Translations under genes and position numbers: made by a program
Shown here: positions 11,201 through 23,000 of the stretch, in pieces
Numbering within the stretch: position 1 is the first letter of the stretch
Layout: every line of letters starts with the position of its first letter
The notes under the pieces: generated by a model
What the model was told of the DNA's origin: nothing
The model's database searches: none
Seen by the model: the letters and a program-made list of their open reading frames with translations, nothing else
Assembly: GCA_000934665.2 (NCBI GenBank)
Contig: KZ538082.1
Span: 62,001 to 126,000 of the forward strand
Origin: Catajapyx aquilonaris
Lineage: Eukaryota
Reading direction: 5' to 3'
DNA length: 64,000 bases

Positions 11201-14200
11201 CTCACCAAAAACTACAAGCAAAGACCAAAGTACAAAAAGCTCCTGGAGCACTGCTTCATCAAGAAGTACGAGAGCAAGCCGGTGGATGTTGCTGCTTGGT
11301 TTCGAAGAGTCATGCAACAATTGGAGGATAATGTCAGGAACTCACCACAGAGAAGGTGAGCACTGGAATCGCTGAATTTTTTTTCTCCTCCCCCTCAATT
11401 GTACATAGTGTAATTTATGGTTCAGCAAATTGTTTTATTTTTGTTTTTCTTGCTTCCCAAAATTTTCAATTCAATGAAATCAGTTGCTGCGGACAATCGC
11501 CAGATGACTCTCACAGAACTTTTAAAAAGCAGAAAAGACACTAGCACATTTCTTGAATGTCGTATCACTTGGACACAACCCTATATTTTTAGTTTATTGA
11601 AGTTGTCTTGGGATCAAAAGGAGTTGCATGGTTTTGTTTCAAGCTGATTTCTTGATTTTTAAAATGACACTGGAGTTTTAAAAATCTGTACACATTATTT
11701 CTCAGAGGCACTCTTGTACATCTCATTTTTATAATTTTTCTTTATGGAAGGGTTGTAAATAAAATCCTTACAAAGGCACATTGACTTTTTTGTTGTTGCG
11801 CATGTGGGTTATTTCTGAATGGTTTTATGTAACTCTGTAACTTCTAGTTGCATGGCATGATTTGCACGTAATGATTTTCTGTTACTATCATTTGGTTTGG
11901 AGTTTTGCTGCCATCCACACATTTTTAGTTTTGTGGACATTGTAGCTGCAGTGGCAATTACTCGCATTCAGTAACATTCAGAAGCAATTCACTATTTTTA
12001 TACCCAGCCTTTTGTTTCCTCTCTATTTAATTTTTTTGATAGCTTTCAACATTGAAAGACACCTTTTATTTCTGTATTTCAGTTATGTATCATGGTGTAT
12101 TTTCATTTGTATTTTTCTAGTTCTTGATATTGATCACAAATTTTTATTTTTATGTAGGATTTTTTACTTATGATTTGTGACATGACCGAAGTGAAGAGCC
12201 CTCTCCAAGAGTGGACTAATACAGTAAGTCGAATTCGTGACAAATTCAACAATGTAATGAAAACTTTCTGCTTCATTGTGTCCTTTTAGGTAATGTATTG
12301 ATTTAGGTCAATTTACTTCAGTTTTATAGCAAGGTGATTGTTAGCAAATGATATTCTAAACCAATACCAGGTTCAAGTTTGTACATTACAAAAATTTGAG
12401 CTCGATGAAAGTGTGATATATGAAGATGTAACGACAGCAAGAGTACAGTGTTCGACAGTAATCACGTAATACTGCTAGCGACATTTTCCGAAGAGGCAGA
12501 AAAACCAATCGAAGCAATGGAGCAAAAGCCATGCGAGCAAGATGCCTTCTTCTGCCGCTTTGGAAAATGTCGCTAGCAATATGACGCGATTAATGTCCAA
12601 CACTGCACAAGGTTAGAAATTTATTATCTATGTAGATAAGGAAGCTGAGGTGGAAGGTGCACTTTGAAATACTCAGCATAGTGCTCAAAAACTGTTCATT
12701 AGTTCAACATAATTTTGCCCGTTAGCCAATCAGAGGTGGTGACAGGGAGTTTACAGACCCATTGGACATATCACTGTCAATGGCATGAAAGAACATGTAA
12801 TTTTTTGCAGAGCTTATTCCTGTATGCATTTGGAAGCTGGGCCAAATTATTTGGCCTGAATCCCATAGATTTCATGAGGAATAAAAGAAACTCAGTCTTT
12901 TCCGAGATCTTGCCATCTGTCACCAAACCATGGTGCACCCATTCTCACTTGTTAAAATTTGTCAATTTTTTTTTTTTGAGTGTGGATTTTCTGTTACTTT
13001 TATTTTAACCTCACAAATGACACATTCTTGTATTGGTTCTCCTGGGTAGCCTTGAATTAGTCATGTACCATATCCATTTAAATCTTCCTTTGTAGTTGGT
13101 TGGAGTCAAGGAGTCATTTGAAGATTTACTTTCTAGGCTGCTCACCAGAGTAAGAAAAATTAAATCTTGAGATTTTTAGGTGGTGGACTTACTAAAAATA
13201 ACACAATAAAAAATAACACTTTGTGGGACTGGTCCAGTGTTACCATAACCTACCAATGCACGGAGCTTGCATATGCCAGTCAACAACTTTGGAACTACAC
13301 AGGACTGCCTTGATCAGGAATTGCAGATGTCACATGTTGTACCTTTTATCATTTGAGAGAAATTAGAACTGTCTCACCATGCAGATTGGCATGGTAAGTG
13401 ATAGTTTTTGGTCACCTCTGCAGGATGTTTAGGGAATGGGAATATGATGTGGGAGGTCATACAATTGTGAAAATATCTCTTGGATTAATTTAGTTGAATT
13501 TTACAGTAGTTTTTTTGGGATAAACTTCATTTCCACCTCAGTTCAAGTAATCATTGACTGCTACATGGCAGAACACGTGGATTTGACCAAAATGGTACAG
13601 GCATTGTGTGCATATCATATTGCAAGGGATGTGAAGTGAAAAAGGAATAGCAGATTAATGTCAATTAACCATTTGTGAAAGGGGGATTGCATCATAACAG
13701 TTTTGTATTTTGCAACAGATTTACACCTCCTCCAGGCTCTCCCCTCCCTCCTCCTCGCCGTCGCTCCTCAGAGAACCACCACCGTTCCTTGTCCGAGACA
13801 TTTCGCGGTCTCAGTACTCCATCTCCTCAGCCAATTCTTCCTCCTCCATCTACATCTCCAGCTCCTGCAGCAGCCCATACTTTCACCCCAACCCCACTCT
13901 ACCTCACTACCCCCCGACCCTACCAGAATGGGGATCCACTCCCAGCAATCCCACCCCGCCCTGCTGCCCCCCAGTTATTCTCCCGATTCCCACCTGATGG
14001 CTTGCGATGGAAGAGCCCAGCCCACCAGCGTACCGGATCTCTAGACTCGAACTCCAATGAGTCTCTGATGACCACTCCTCCAACCCCACGGAGAGCCAAC
14101 TATGAGTACCAGCACCATCCCCATTACCATCACCACCACTACCACTTCAGCCACATGACACCCCAGCCGTCTGGATACATCAAGGCTGTACAGACAGTGC

Positions 14201-14632
14201 CGGTTGGTTACTACAGGGTTGCGGGAGCTACCGATTCGGCAGGTGCAGCTGGAGTCGTGGGTGCTGATGGAGGATATCCAGTACCCATACACCGGCTCAA
14301 CTTTGGGGGATCACCTGTACCCTTCAGGAGAACTGATCACTCACCCAACAGGAGGGGCTTTGCTGAGGGATCACCCCTCACTTTTCGGAGGTTTGTAATT
14401 GACACTGTTCACTCTTGTTTGCAGTGCATATTAATTTTTGTCTTGCAGATATGTTGGGCCCCCTCCACCTCAGCCTCCTCCTCGCCGATTTTCTGAGAGC
14501 AGCTCAGTTCCAGGGTCTCCACTTCTACAGCGATGCAACCCAGAGTATCTTCGCCCAAGGGCCCAATTTACCCCAGAGCCTCAAAGGCGATCTTACATGC
14601 ATCATCATTACCACCAAAATTCTGACCTCTGA
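5246..14632 (+). CDS. MAP2K7: Dual-specificity MAP kinase kinase 7 (MKK7/hemipterous-like, JNK kinase), long isoform ~719 aa
   Basis: Exons 5246-5465, 8239-8420, 8482-8595, 8817-9044, 9124-9303, 9785-10008, 11200-11355, 13719-14390, 14449-14632. All introns are GT-AG, phases are consistent, total 2160 nt. Motifs: [55 protein letters not shown] (MKK7 activation loop), YMAPERI. Confidence 0.95.
5575..6394 (+). repeat. ~410-bp tandem duplication across an N (likely assembly/haplotype overlap)
   Basis: 5575-5984 and 5986-6394 are identical apart from one G-run length difference and one C/A substitution. They are separated by a single N at 5985. Confidence 0.9.
6915..7539. mobile_element. Degenerate pogo/Tigger-like non-autonomous element, interrupted by a younger MITE
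   Basis: Removing 6921-7199 restores TA|CAGGTAGTTCCTGGTTTACGAATGACCCGACTTA, a Tigger-like start. A degenerate right end (...CTGACTTATGGAC...GGGGACATGCTG) lies near 7539. Confidence 0.45.
6921..7197. mobile_element. MITE with TA TSD (Tc1/mariner/pogo class)
   Basis: TA|CTCTCCGATTCGCATAAGTCCGAAC ... GTTCGGACTTATGCGAATGGGAGAG|TA: 25-bp TIRs with one mismatch. Confidence 0.75.
10126..10953. mobile_element. Non-autonomous piggyBac element in MAP2K7 intron 6
   Basis: TTAA|CCCTAATAAGACGGG ... CCCGTCTTATTAGGG|TTAA: perfect 15-bp TIRs, CCC/GGG termini and a TTAA TSD. Confidence 0.85.
12446..12605. mobile_element. Short hairpin-type MITE (CAGTG...CACTG termini)
   Basis: Imperfect inverted arms of ~55 bp, with the core GCTAGCGACATTTTCC / GGAAAATGTCGCTAGC. 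Flanks are TA on the left and CA on the right (degenerate TSD). Confidence 0.65.
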
Positions 14633-15249
14633 CCCACACAGCACACTTTCATATAAGGGCTTGGTCCCAAACCAATCATTGTTTTTCTCCCAACATCACC
14701 TTCTCTTAAAAAATGACCGTTTTTTATTATGAAAAGAGCATTGTTGCCTTGCTGACAATAACGCCTTTAGTGAATTAATTACTGGGTGAAATTATAGCTT
14801 CAGAGACTGTTAAGTTATTGGAATGATGAAGCTGTTTATTTATCATCTCTCCCCTAGGCCCACTTTCACTCACTCTCTGTAATGTGCTGTTGGCCTTCCC
14901 TCTCTTCCCCTCCATGCTCCTTCTCATAAAAAAGACACAAAAACAAAACAAAACCATGTAAGACTTGTGACAGCCAACGTTTAATCTAGTTACATATATA
15001 TTTTTCATAAGCAAGTCTCAGTTAAATCATTTTATGCGATTTTATGCTAGTCTTGATATTCTAGTCTGATTCCAAGGAGGTTAATAATGTAAGTAAAAAG
15101 AAGGAAGGAACTGCACGTGTGTCTATTTTTTAAGAAAAGTGGGAATGTTCCTTGGACTCAAATGTTGTGGGCACAATGAGACTCGAAAATCTTCCCTCCC
15201 TGCTAACCCCTCTTCCCTCCTCCAAATGTATGCATAGAACATATGTTAA

Positions 15250-15528
15250 CCCTGGAACCGTGACGTGGGATCTTTTAGGACCCCAAAGGAATTAAAATGA
15301 TAATTACAATGAACTGTTCCATTTTTTTAGAGTATATAACAGGAAGTGCATGTTTATTTTGAATTAGCGATCATTGTAGGCATTTTTCAAAGAATGATTG
15401 CATCTAGTCAATATAACTTACATGGAAAAGTATTATATAAAAATTAATGAAAATTAAAATATGGATAGGGTCCTGAAAGACTCCATGTCATGGTTGCTGT
15501 AACTTTCAGGCATGTCACAGTTCCAGGG
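15250..15528. mobile_element. Non-autonomous piggyBac-type MITE downstream of the MAP2K7 stop (probable 3' UTR)
   Basis: TTAA|CCCTGGAACCGTGAC ... GTCACAGTTCCAGGG|TTAA, plus a subterminal inverted repeat TCTTTTAGGACCC / GGGTCCTGAAAGA. Confidence 0.78.
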
Positions 15529-17072
15529 TTAATTGAAAGCGCAGTTGAGCCTCTTGGTATATTTAAAAAGGTAACAATATTTATGCACCATCATAGTGTG
15601 TAATATAAAGAGGTACCTTTTTAGTGTGGTCTGTGCTTGTTTTCCTTAGTTTGACCTTCATTTTGGTTTAAATTTGGAAAGTTTCTTCTTGCGGAGCAAT
15701 GAATCTTTTCGTCTCTTCATATGTACTTGAAGTTCCTACCATATATCTCTTCTAGCAGTCTATAACCTTGCCTTTATGAAGGGGAAAAAGAAAAGGAATT
15801 GTCAAGATATTATTCTTTGGTGCCTTCCATCAGCAGTATTCATAACAATGGTCTTTGGAGTGTTCTGGACTTGATTTTTTTATTACCCATGTAGATATCT
15901 ATCTGCAAGGAATCCCAGTTCATGTAAGCAAGTGTTGTTTGAGCGTGCCGGACTGAACACCCGAAGAAAACTTATAATTATTGTATGACTTGTAAGTGAA
16001 TCGTGTTGTATTGTGGGGATGCGTAAACTTACATGTGCCTGAAATGTCATGCCTACCTGATGAATTCTAGTCGAGACATTCTTTTGGATAAAATTGTCAG
16101 AGTTCAGTCACTTCATGTATTGCATTTTGGCGAGAAAAATGCATGAATTTGAAGTTTTGGCAATTTGAGGCACCCAGTATACGTGTGACATTCATCCCCA
16201 TGGTTGTACTGTACTGTACATATTGTGCTGTATATACAGTGAAGTCCCTGAGCTTTTAATGTGTACATAAAGAATATAAATTAAATGTATGAAGCAGTCC
16301 TTCGCATTTATGAATATAATTACATGCCTGGATGAATACATCGGTTTTGATATTTCCAGAGAAGAAATGCGAATCTGCCCTCTTCAGCCGTTGGATTTTT
16401 CTTGTTATGTTACCAGGGAAGTTAGCCTGACATCTTGTCAATCTGTTTCCGACACGAGTGGGATGTACAGTACTGTAATTGTAGCAAGTGCCTCTCCCAC
16501 ACCATAGATGGCACAGGCATCCCTGCTGCCTGCTCCAAGCCTCTCAAGCCTGGCAATAAAGTCAACCTAAACATCCTGAATCCGTATACTGAACCCTGCA
16601 GACATTTGTCTAGCCACCTTTACACGCACCTCCCAGATCACTTGCGTATTAGCTTCAAACCTGATTCAGGACGCAGTTTCAGATCTCACTAAAACTGGTC
16701 AATTCCCCCCAAATTGGCACCTTATTTCCCAGCCTGCTTATCCCTCCCCCCTCTACCCACAATCCCCCGCGTCCCTTCCTCCCTCCCTCCCTGCCCTCCC
16801 TCCCTCGCCCTCGATGCGAGCGCCTCCCCCGAGATGAGGCGGCAAATGGAGAAACGAGCAGTCAGCCATGTTCCGATGGCCGCGAAGGTGCTTGTAGGTA
16901 CCAGTGGAAGAAGGCGCGAGTGGCCCTAGGACAAGAAGGAAGGAAGAACCAAGTGGTGTCCAAGGGAAGGGATACCCGTCAGCTGCAATCAAGGCTGAGA
17001 GACTCAGGTGGAGGCATCCACGTAGGATAGTGTGCTTGTGCGTTTAGTGGACACGAACAGAAACCGGCCAAG

Positions 17073-20000
17073 ATGAGCTGGGGAACAGAGCTTTGGGTGA
17101 GTGTGTGTGTGTGTGCGTGTCTGTTGTAAAGCTCGGCACGTGAAGAGAGGGGAGTGGGAATGGGAAGTGGGGGACGCAGGGTTTGCTAATGATTTAAATT
17201 TTTTAGCCGTTACCTAATGCGTATTGCGATTCTCGTACAGGTAATGCTGACAGGCATGCCTACTTAACGCACAAAGGAAATGCGGATTGAGGAAGTACTG
17301 GCGGTTTCTGGCCGTTGTAAACATCTCAAGTGTGAACTCACTGCGGTTCCAATGCAAGCAATGCAGAAAAATAGTGTGACCTTGTACGAAAGAGTGCACC
17401 ATGACACTGCGACAGTGTTGAGTGTGGTCATACCAATGCACATTCAAGAGTGTACTGCTGAACCCGAGTTTAGTTGGCATTTGTTATAGTAGGTGGCGTG
17501 TTTACTTTTTGATTGTTTTTGGTCTAACGTACTGGAAGGCCTTGAAGGAGCCCACGGAGCCGTTGAGATGTAAATAATGTCCCTGGACCTTGTACCTAGA
17601 CCCCGCTGCAGTATGGTTACCTGTCACCAGACCTGGAACAAAAATAGACCTGTTCAGTGCACCAAATCCAGACAAGAAGCAACCACTCATGCTTTGCTAG
17701 CAGGAAAAAAAATGATGGATGGTGCTCTCCGTGTTTTATGACTCAAGTAATACACCATAATGCAGTGGTGGATTATTGATCAGGAGCGGTTAATTGGCAC
17801 TTGAAATTAAGGACACTTGTCCCTCGCAGGCACGGGTATCAATTACTAGCAAAACTGAATTGCCCGGGAGCAAAAGGGATGCAATTCCAACCAGTTACTG
17901 TTGAACCCTGGCCAGATGAATTTCAAGGAATGTGTACACCGAAACATGTCAAGTTGGACATGTTTCACTGGATTATCCATCCATTTTTGACAAAATGTAA
18001 GACGCAAGCAGGCGTCATGACCTAAATTAAGCCTTTCCTCCATATTGTCTAAACGTAAAAATAGAGCCACCTCTCCATGAATGAGAAGAGGAATCCATTC
18101 AAAGGGCAGCTTCCGGTCCTCATTCAGAACCCACTGACTCCATTCCGCGGACCTTTTCCATAGGGTCAGTGCGGACAAAAATGCAATCGACACTGTCACA
18201 GCTTGTTGGGTGCATGTGGGAAATTGACCTGCCCAACAAGGAAGGACAGAAAAAAAATATAATTTAAGGGGTCCACAACAGGGCCAAACTGACGCAATCG
18301 CATTTTGTGTGACGCTCTGTTGGATTTTTACCCATGCAGAGAGACCACTAACGTAAGGATAAGCTTTACCTTGACAGGGAAGTGGAGAGAGTGACCAAAA
18401 AAAAAAAACATTTGTGTCGGTGCAAGGGGGAGAAAGGAGTCTATTTTCTTTGAGATACCTACAAAAAAATGGATATCACAATTTTCTGGTTGGCTGACGG
18501 GTATTTTTGTTTCCAGGAGAAAAGACTAGTCGTGTAAAAAAATGATGGGCACGTCTGGATGTGGGTTCGTCTCCAGTGATTTTTGGTTCCCAGTGGGCGC
18601 TTACAGAGCTATTATGGCATCTTAAGCGTCCCCGCAAAAAAGTGTCGTTTGCCTAAATATTTCGTCCGTGACAATGAGGCTCGGGTAGTGAAACTGGATT
18701 TTTTTTTTTTTCCAACCTAAAACCTGATGGAAAGTGATGTTTTGCTGAGGCGGGCTAATTAGAGTGTATCCTGGGAAATTTAATCCCGAATCCAGAGACG
18801 AGACGCAATTAGCGCAAACAGTTATGTGAAACCGATCGTCTCATTTGCATGCGAGCTTTGGCCTGGGAAACATTCAAGGGCTGAGGTGACCTGGCAGATG
18901 ACAGAAGTTTCTACCAGTGCGGTACAGTAGTATTTAGAGGTGAAAGCAGAATATGCAAATGTAGCAAAAGGGTGCCAAGTAGCAGGGGAGCTTTAGGAAT
19001 AGTAAGAAGCGTGGTCCACGGAAAATTTTGAGCGAATGTCAAGTGCAACAAGCTCGTTGACCTTTACCAGAAGTTTGGTCTGGTTTGCCTCAGGTTTGAC
19101 GGATAATTTACACGTGATGGGATACACGAGAGTCCTGGAAAGCTTAGGGGGGGAAATATTACGAGCGTGGAACCGATAACGTCTGAACGAGCGTCAGTTG
19201 GATGGGAAATCTCAGGTTTCGATAATATATGGAATGGTCAATAAAAATCAGAACGAGTGCGGTTTAGTTGTGGCAGACATCCATGGAAATCATAAACGGC
19301 GGCCAATTATGTGGGAAGTGGAGTGTGCATTATGTAGCTGAAGTAACACGAAGAGTGATGATAGCTGCTTAATTGGAGCCGATTGTAGCGGTGCTTTGGG
19401 GTGATTAAGCGTTCGGAAACAGATGTGTGGGGGAAGTTGCAGGTTCCACTTGCCAACTGTCGCCATTGTATAGGGAGACATAAAAAACTATTGGTCGGAA
19501 TGGGACTGGAATGTCTCGTAGGTTCGCGATTTTTTGCAGGGTGGTACGTGGGTGCCAATATACAGTCGTGAGGAGTAAGAAGTAGCACCCACTTATTTGG
19601 AGCAAAATATTTCTGGTGTCATTAGAGCAGGTAACTTGTCAATTGAGTCGAATATTCTGTTGGCAGTCCTGAGGTTCAGAATGATGTATCTGTACGTCTG
19701 ATAATTTGATTTTGTGTAAAATTTGGACGTGTATTCACTGCCAACTCGTTCTGACAACATATATTGTTGCACCCCAAACGGATGCTAATGCTCGATTATT
19801 TAGATGAACCCCGCGGATAAAAAGGGGTCGCAATGTGTTCGGGGGTCCCCTGCACCTGAAAACCCCTGCACGTTTGTGTCAGTTGCACTCTGTATCCTGG
19901 AATTATAGGTACATCATGGAACCGAGGGGGAGGTGGTATCGATCCAGGGGCTCTCGAGGACTTCGTATAAACAAGAGGGGAGTATCAAACAAACGATTAA

Positions 20001-23000
20001 AATGATGAAAAGATTCCGGAGGCGTCCAATTAAAAGCAGTTTCTCCCCTAAGAAGAAGCCAGACACGAGGTGAAACCGTTGACCCCAACAAAAGGAAACG
20101 GTGGCTTTTATTTGGGAGAATTGTTGGGCCTGTTTGGAATTCCTGGCTGTATAGTCTCACTCGGCTCCTGGCTGTCATGAAAAGTGTGCGCGCCATTTTG
20201 GCATTTCCCTTGGTCCCCTTGGTTTTCAATGTCACCGCTGCACCTGGGAGGAATATTTGCGAGAATTTCGAGTCATTGGTATGAATCATAAAGATGCACA
20301 TATGAGCCTTGAACCTGATGGGCAAAGAGCCAGCGAATTTTTTTGCAAGGCGGTGTCTTCCGGTAGATTAGGTATAATTACATATTAGGAAACCGGTCTG
20401 GAGTGACACTTCTTTCGAGCAGGAAAAATGACCCAATTTAAATTTACACCAATGATTTAATGGTGACAAAAAGTACCCAGTTGGGAGGAAAAAGAGAGTG
20501 AGTCAGGGGGTTCCTTACACGTGCAGTGCACATCCGATATGCAGGACCTGCCTCGACAAAAAGCGTCCTGGGCAGTTCCTGTTGCACTGAATCACTTGAA
20601 GATGTTGTCAAGGCCCGATGTCCTCCGATGTTTAGAGCACAGGTAGCCTAAACCGAAGTGGGGCATGAACTTGGAGAGGTAAAAGTGGATAGCCTTCGTG
20701 GAGGTATCTACAGAATTTAAAAAAAATATAATGAGAGCTGCAAGGGCGCTGGGGTGTTGAGCAACATTCCACGAATACGATTTCTGGATCGGGTTTTAAA
20801 ATATTTTTGGCGACATGAAAATGCGTGTTTTTGTGCGCATTTGTGAAAGGGCTGCGAAGGTCATAACACGGCATGAAGGTTACGGCTCATATGAATATCA
20901 GGCGCGGACAAAAAGGTGCGTGTATGCGACTTAAAACGAACGTATATGAACATCTGTCAGGTAGGCCAGGTGGGCCTGATTTTTTGGGGGAGCTCATGAC
21001 TAATGGAAGTATCTGCAGGTGAAGTTGCTTACAGTACGCCATGGTTGTTGGTGCAGCAAGGAGCAGGTGAATGCCCCACCCTTACGAAAGCGACTATCTG
21101 CTCATCGTTCTTTATTGTGGGCACGATGGCCAACTTTACCACGGGAAGGTGACTGGGGGATTCAATTAATTTCCGAGCTGTAAAACGTGCAGGTTGAAAA
21201 TATAAAGCCAAGAGAACCTTCAACCCTTTACGCTCCAGTATTGACGTATTTTTGAGTGTGCAACATAACGCAGGCGGCGGAACTTGAGCAACTGACAGAT
21301 TGAGCTCGGCGGCCCCCACGATAAGAATGGTTTCCTTCCTCGTCCTATTCCTTCTAAAAAAGAATTTACGTGATAGGACAGCCCCCTCTGGTTTTTTCCC
21401 TGGGAAGATAGCACGATTGGGCGGTTAGTGGCATCTTCCGGGGCCATATTGGGAATTGGCGATGTGTGGTCACGTGCGACCTCTGACACGCTGGTACTTT
21501 CTTGGCCAAGCCAAGTGTGAAACCATCCGGTAGCCTTGCAACAGCCGGGTCTGTTTATAACGCTGAAGTCACGTTAGCTGCCACATTTGGCGCCGGGAGA
21601 AATTTTCGATTGGGAATCCACAAGTCGATAATAGGCCAGATGAACCTTTAAGTACTGCCCCTGAATAGATTACGGCTTGTAAGTCGTCAGTGAAAGGTTT
21701 CAGTTGGCTCAGGAGGGGCCTTGTAGAAATTTTCTTCTGGGTGTTAATAATTCATCAGACCCTGTGGCCATCTTTTTTTTCTTTCTCTCGACTTAATCAA
21801 ATCCCGGGCCCTTTCTGTTGCCTTCGCTCAGACTGGAAGCTCCTGTGGAAAGCGAGTGGCAAATGAAACAAAAGAGCAGAGTGGAGGGTAAACACTGCCG
21901 GGGATTGGGAGGGCACGTGACTGAGAGAGAATCTCGAGAGGAGATCCGGTGTGAAGCAGGAGAGGGATGCTCTTATTTACCTAATTCGCCCCATTCTGAG
22001 TCTGTTCTAGTAGAAGGAAGGAACAACAGCAGAATGTTCAGAAGTTGGTCTTTTTGAAATATTCACGAATATTCAGATTGATGAGAGCAGGGAATGGCTG
22101 ACAACAACCTGGGAGACATTCTGGTGCGAGCTGGTTGTTGACGTGCATTATCCAATTGTCAATAAGGGGGCAGGCGTCTTCATGGACCGTGTAAAGACTT
22201 CGTCCTTGCTTTCCGTTGAGAGACAACAGTAATGACGTATTTTTTGGTGCCGTAACGAGGACGGATTGAATGAGGCGAGAAATGCGTGTCTGATCAATGT
22301 CATTTCTCTGCCTCCTTTTACAATAATATCGGGGGGGATCCGCGGCGCGAAGAGTGGGGACAATAAATTGTTTACGAGTGACAGAAGCCTGGTCTGATGA
22401 GGGGGACCATGGCGGAGGAAGCGGCTTGTGATTGCGTCTTTTGCAACGGAGGCTGGCGAGGGCTTGCAATTGGCGGAGGTGGATGGCATTCCAAGGGTGG
22501 TTTGGTCTTGCCAACGACCTCCCTTGTCGTTTTATGGTTCCCTTCGTCAGAACAGGGACAATGATGCAGCTGTAGGTGCTGGTACTAATGAACAGTTTAT
22601 GCTAAGGAAACCCCATTTCTAGGGCCAGGAAAGCGACGGTGTTATTGTGTCGGGATGATAAAAAAAAGCGGAATTTCCGCGTTTTCAGGGAAATGGCACA
22701 CTTGCAGACGCATAAAAGAGTGGCACTGTTTTTCGATGGCAGTTGGCAGTAAAAGTGGGGATTAACTTTCCTCGACATTCTGGCCACATTAATCAGCACC
22801 TTATCCGTACAACAACACCATCTGTGTTGACTGAACGGCGCTTGGCACACGGTGAGTCGAAGAGATACGACGAGTATATACACAGTTTTATAACAATTTT
22901 TTGGGGGAGGGCGCCCAACAGGGTGACCAGACGTCTTATTGTCTCGGGGGGATCACCCTCGACGGAAGACTGGGGAGAGCTTCTCTAAGAGATCCATTGT

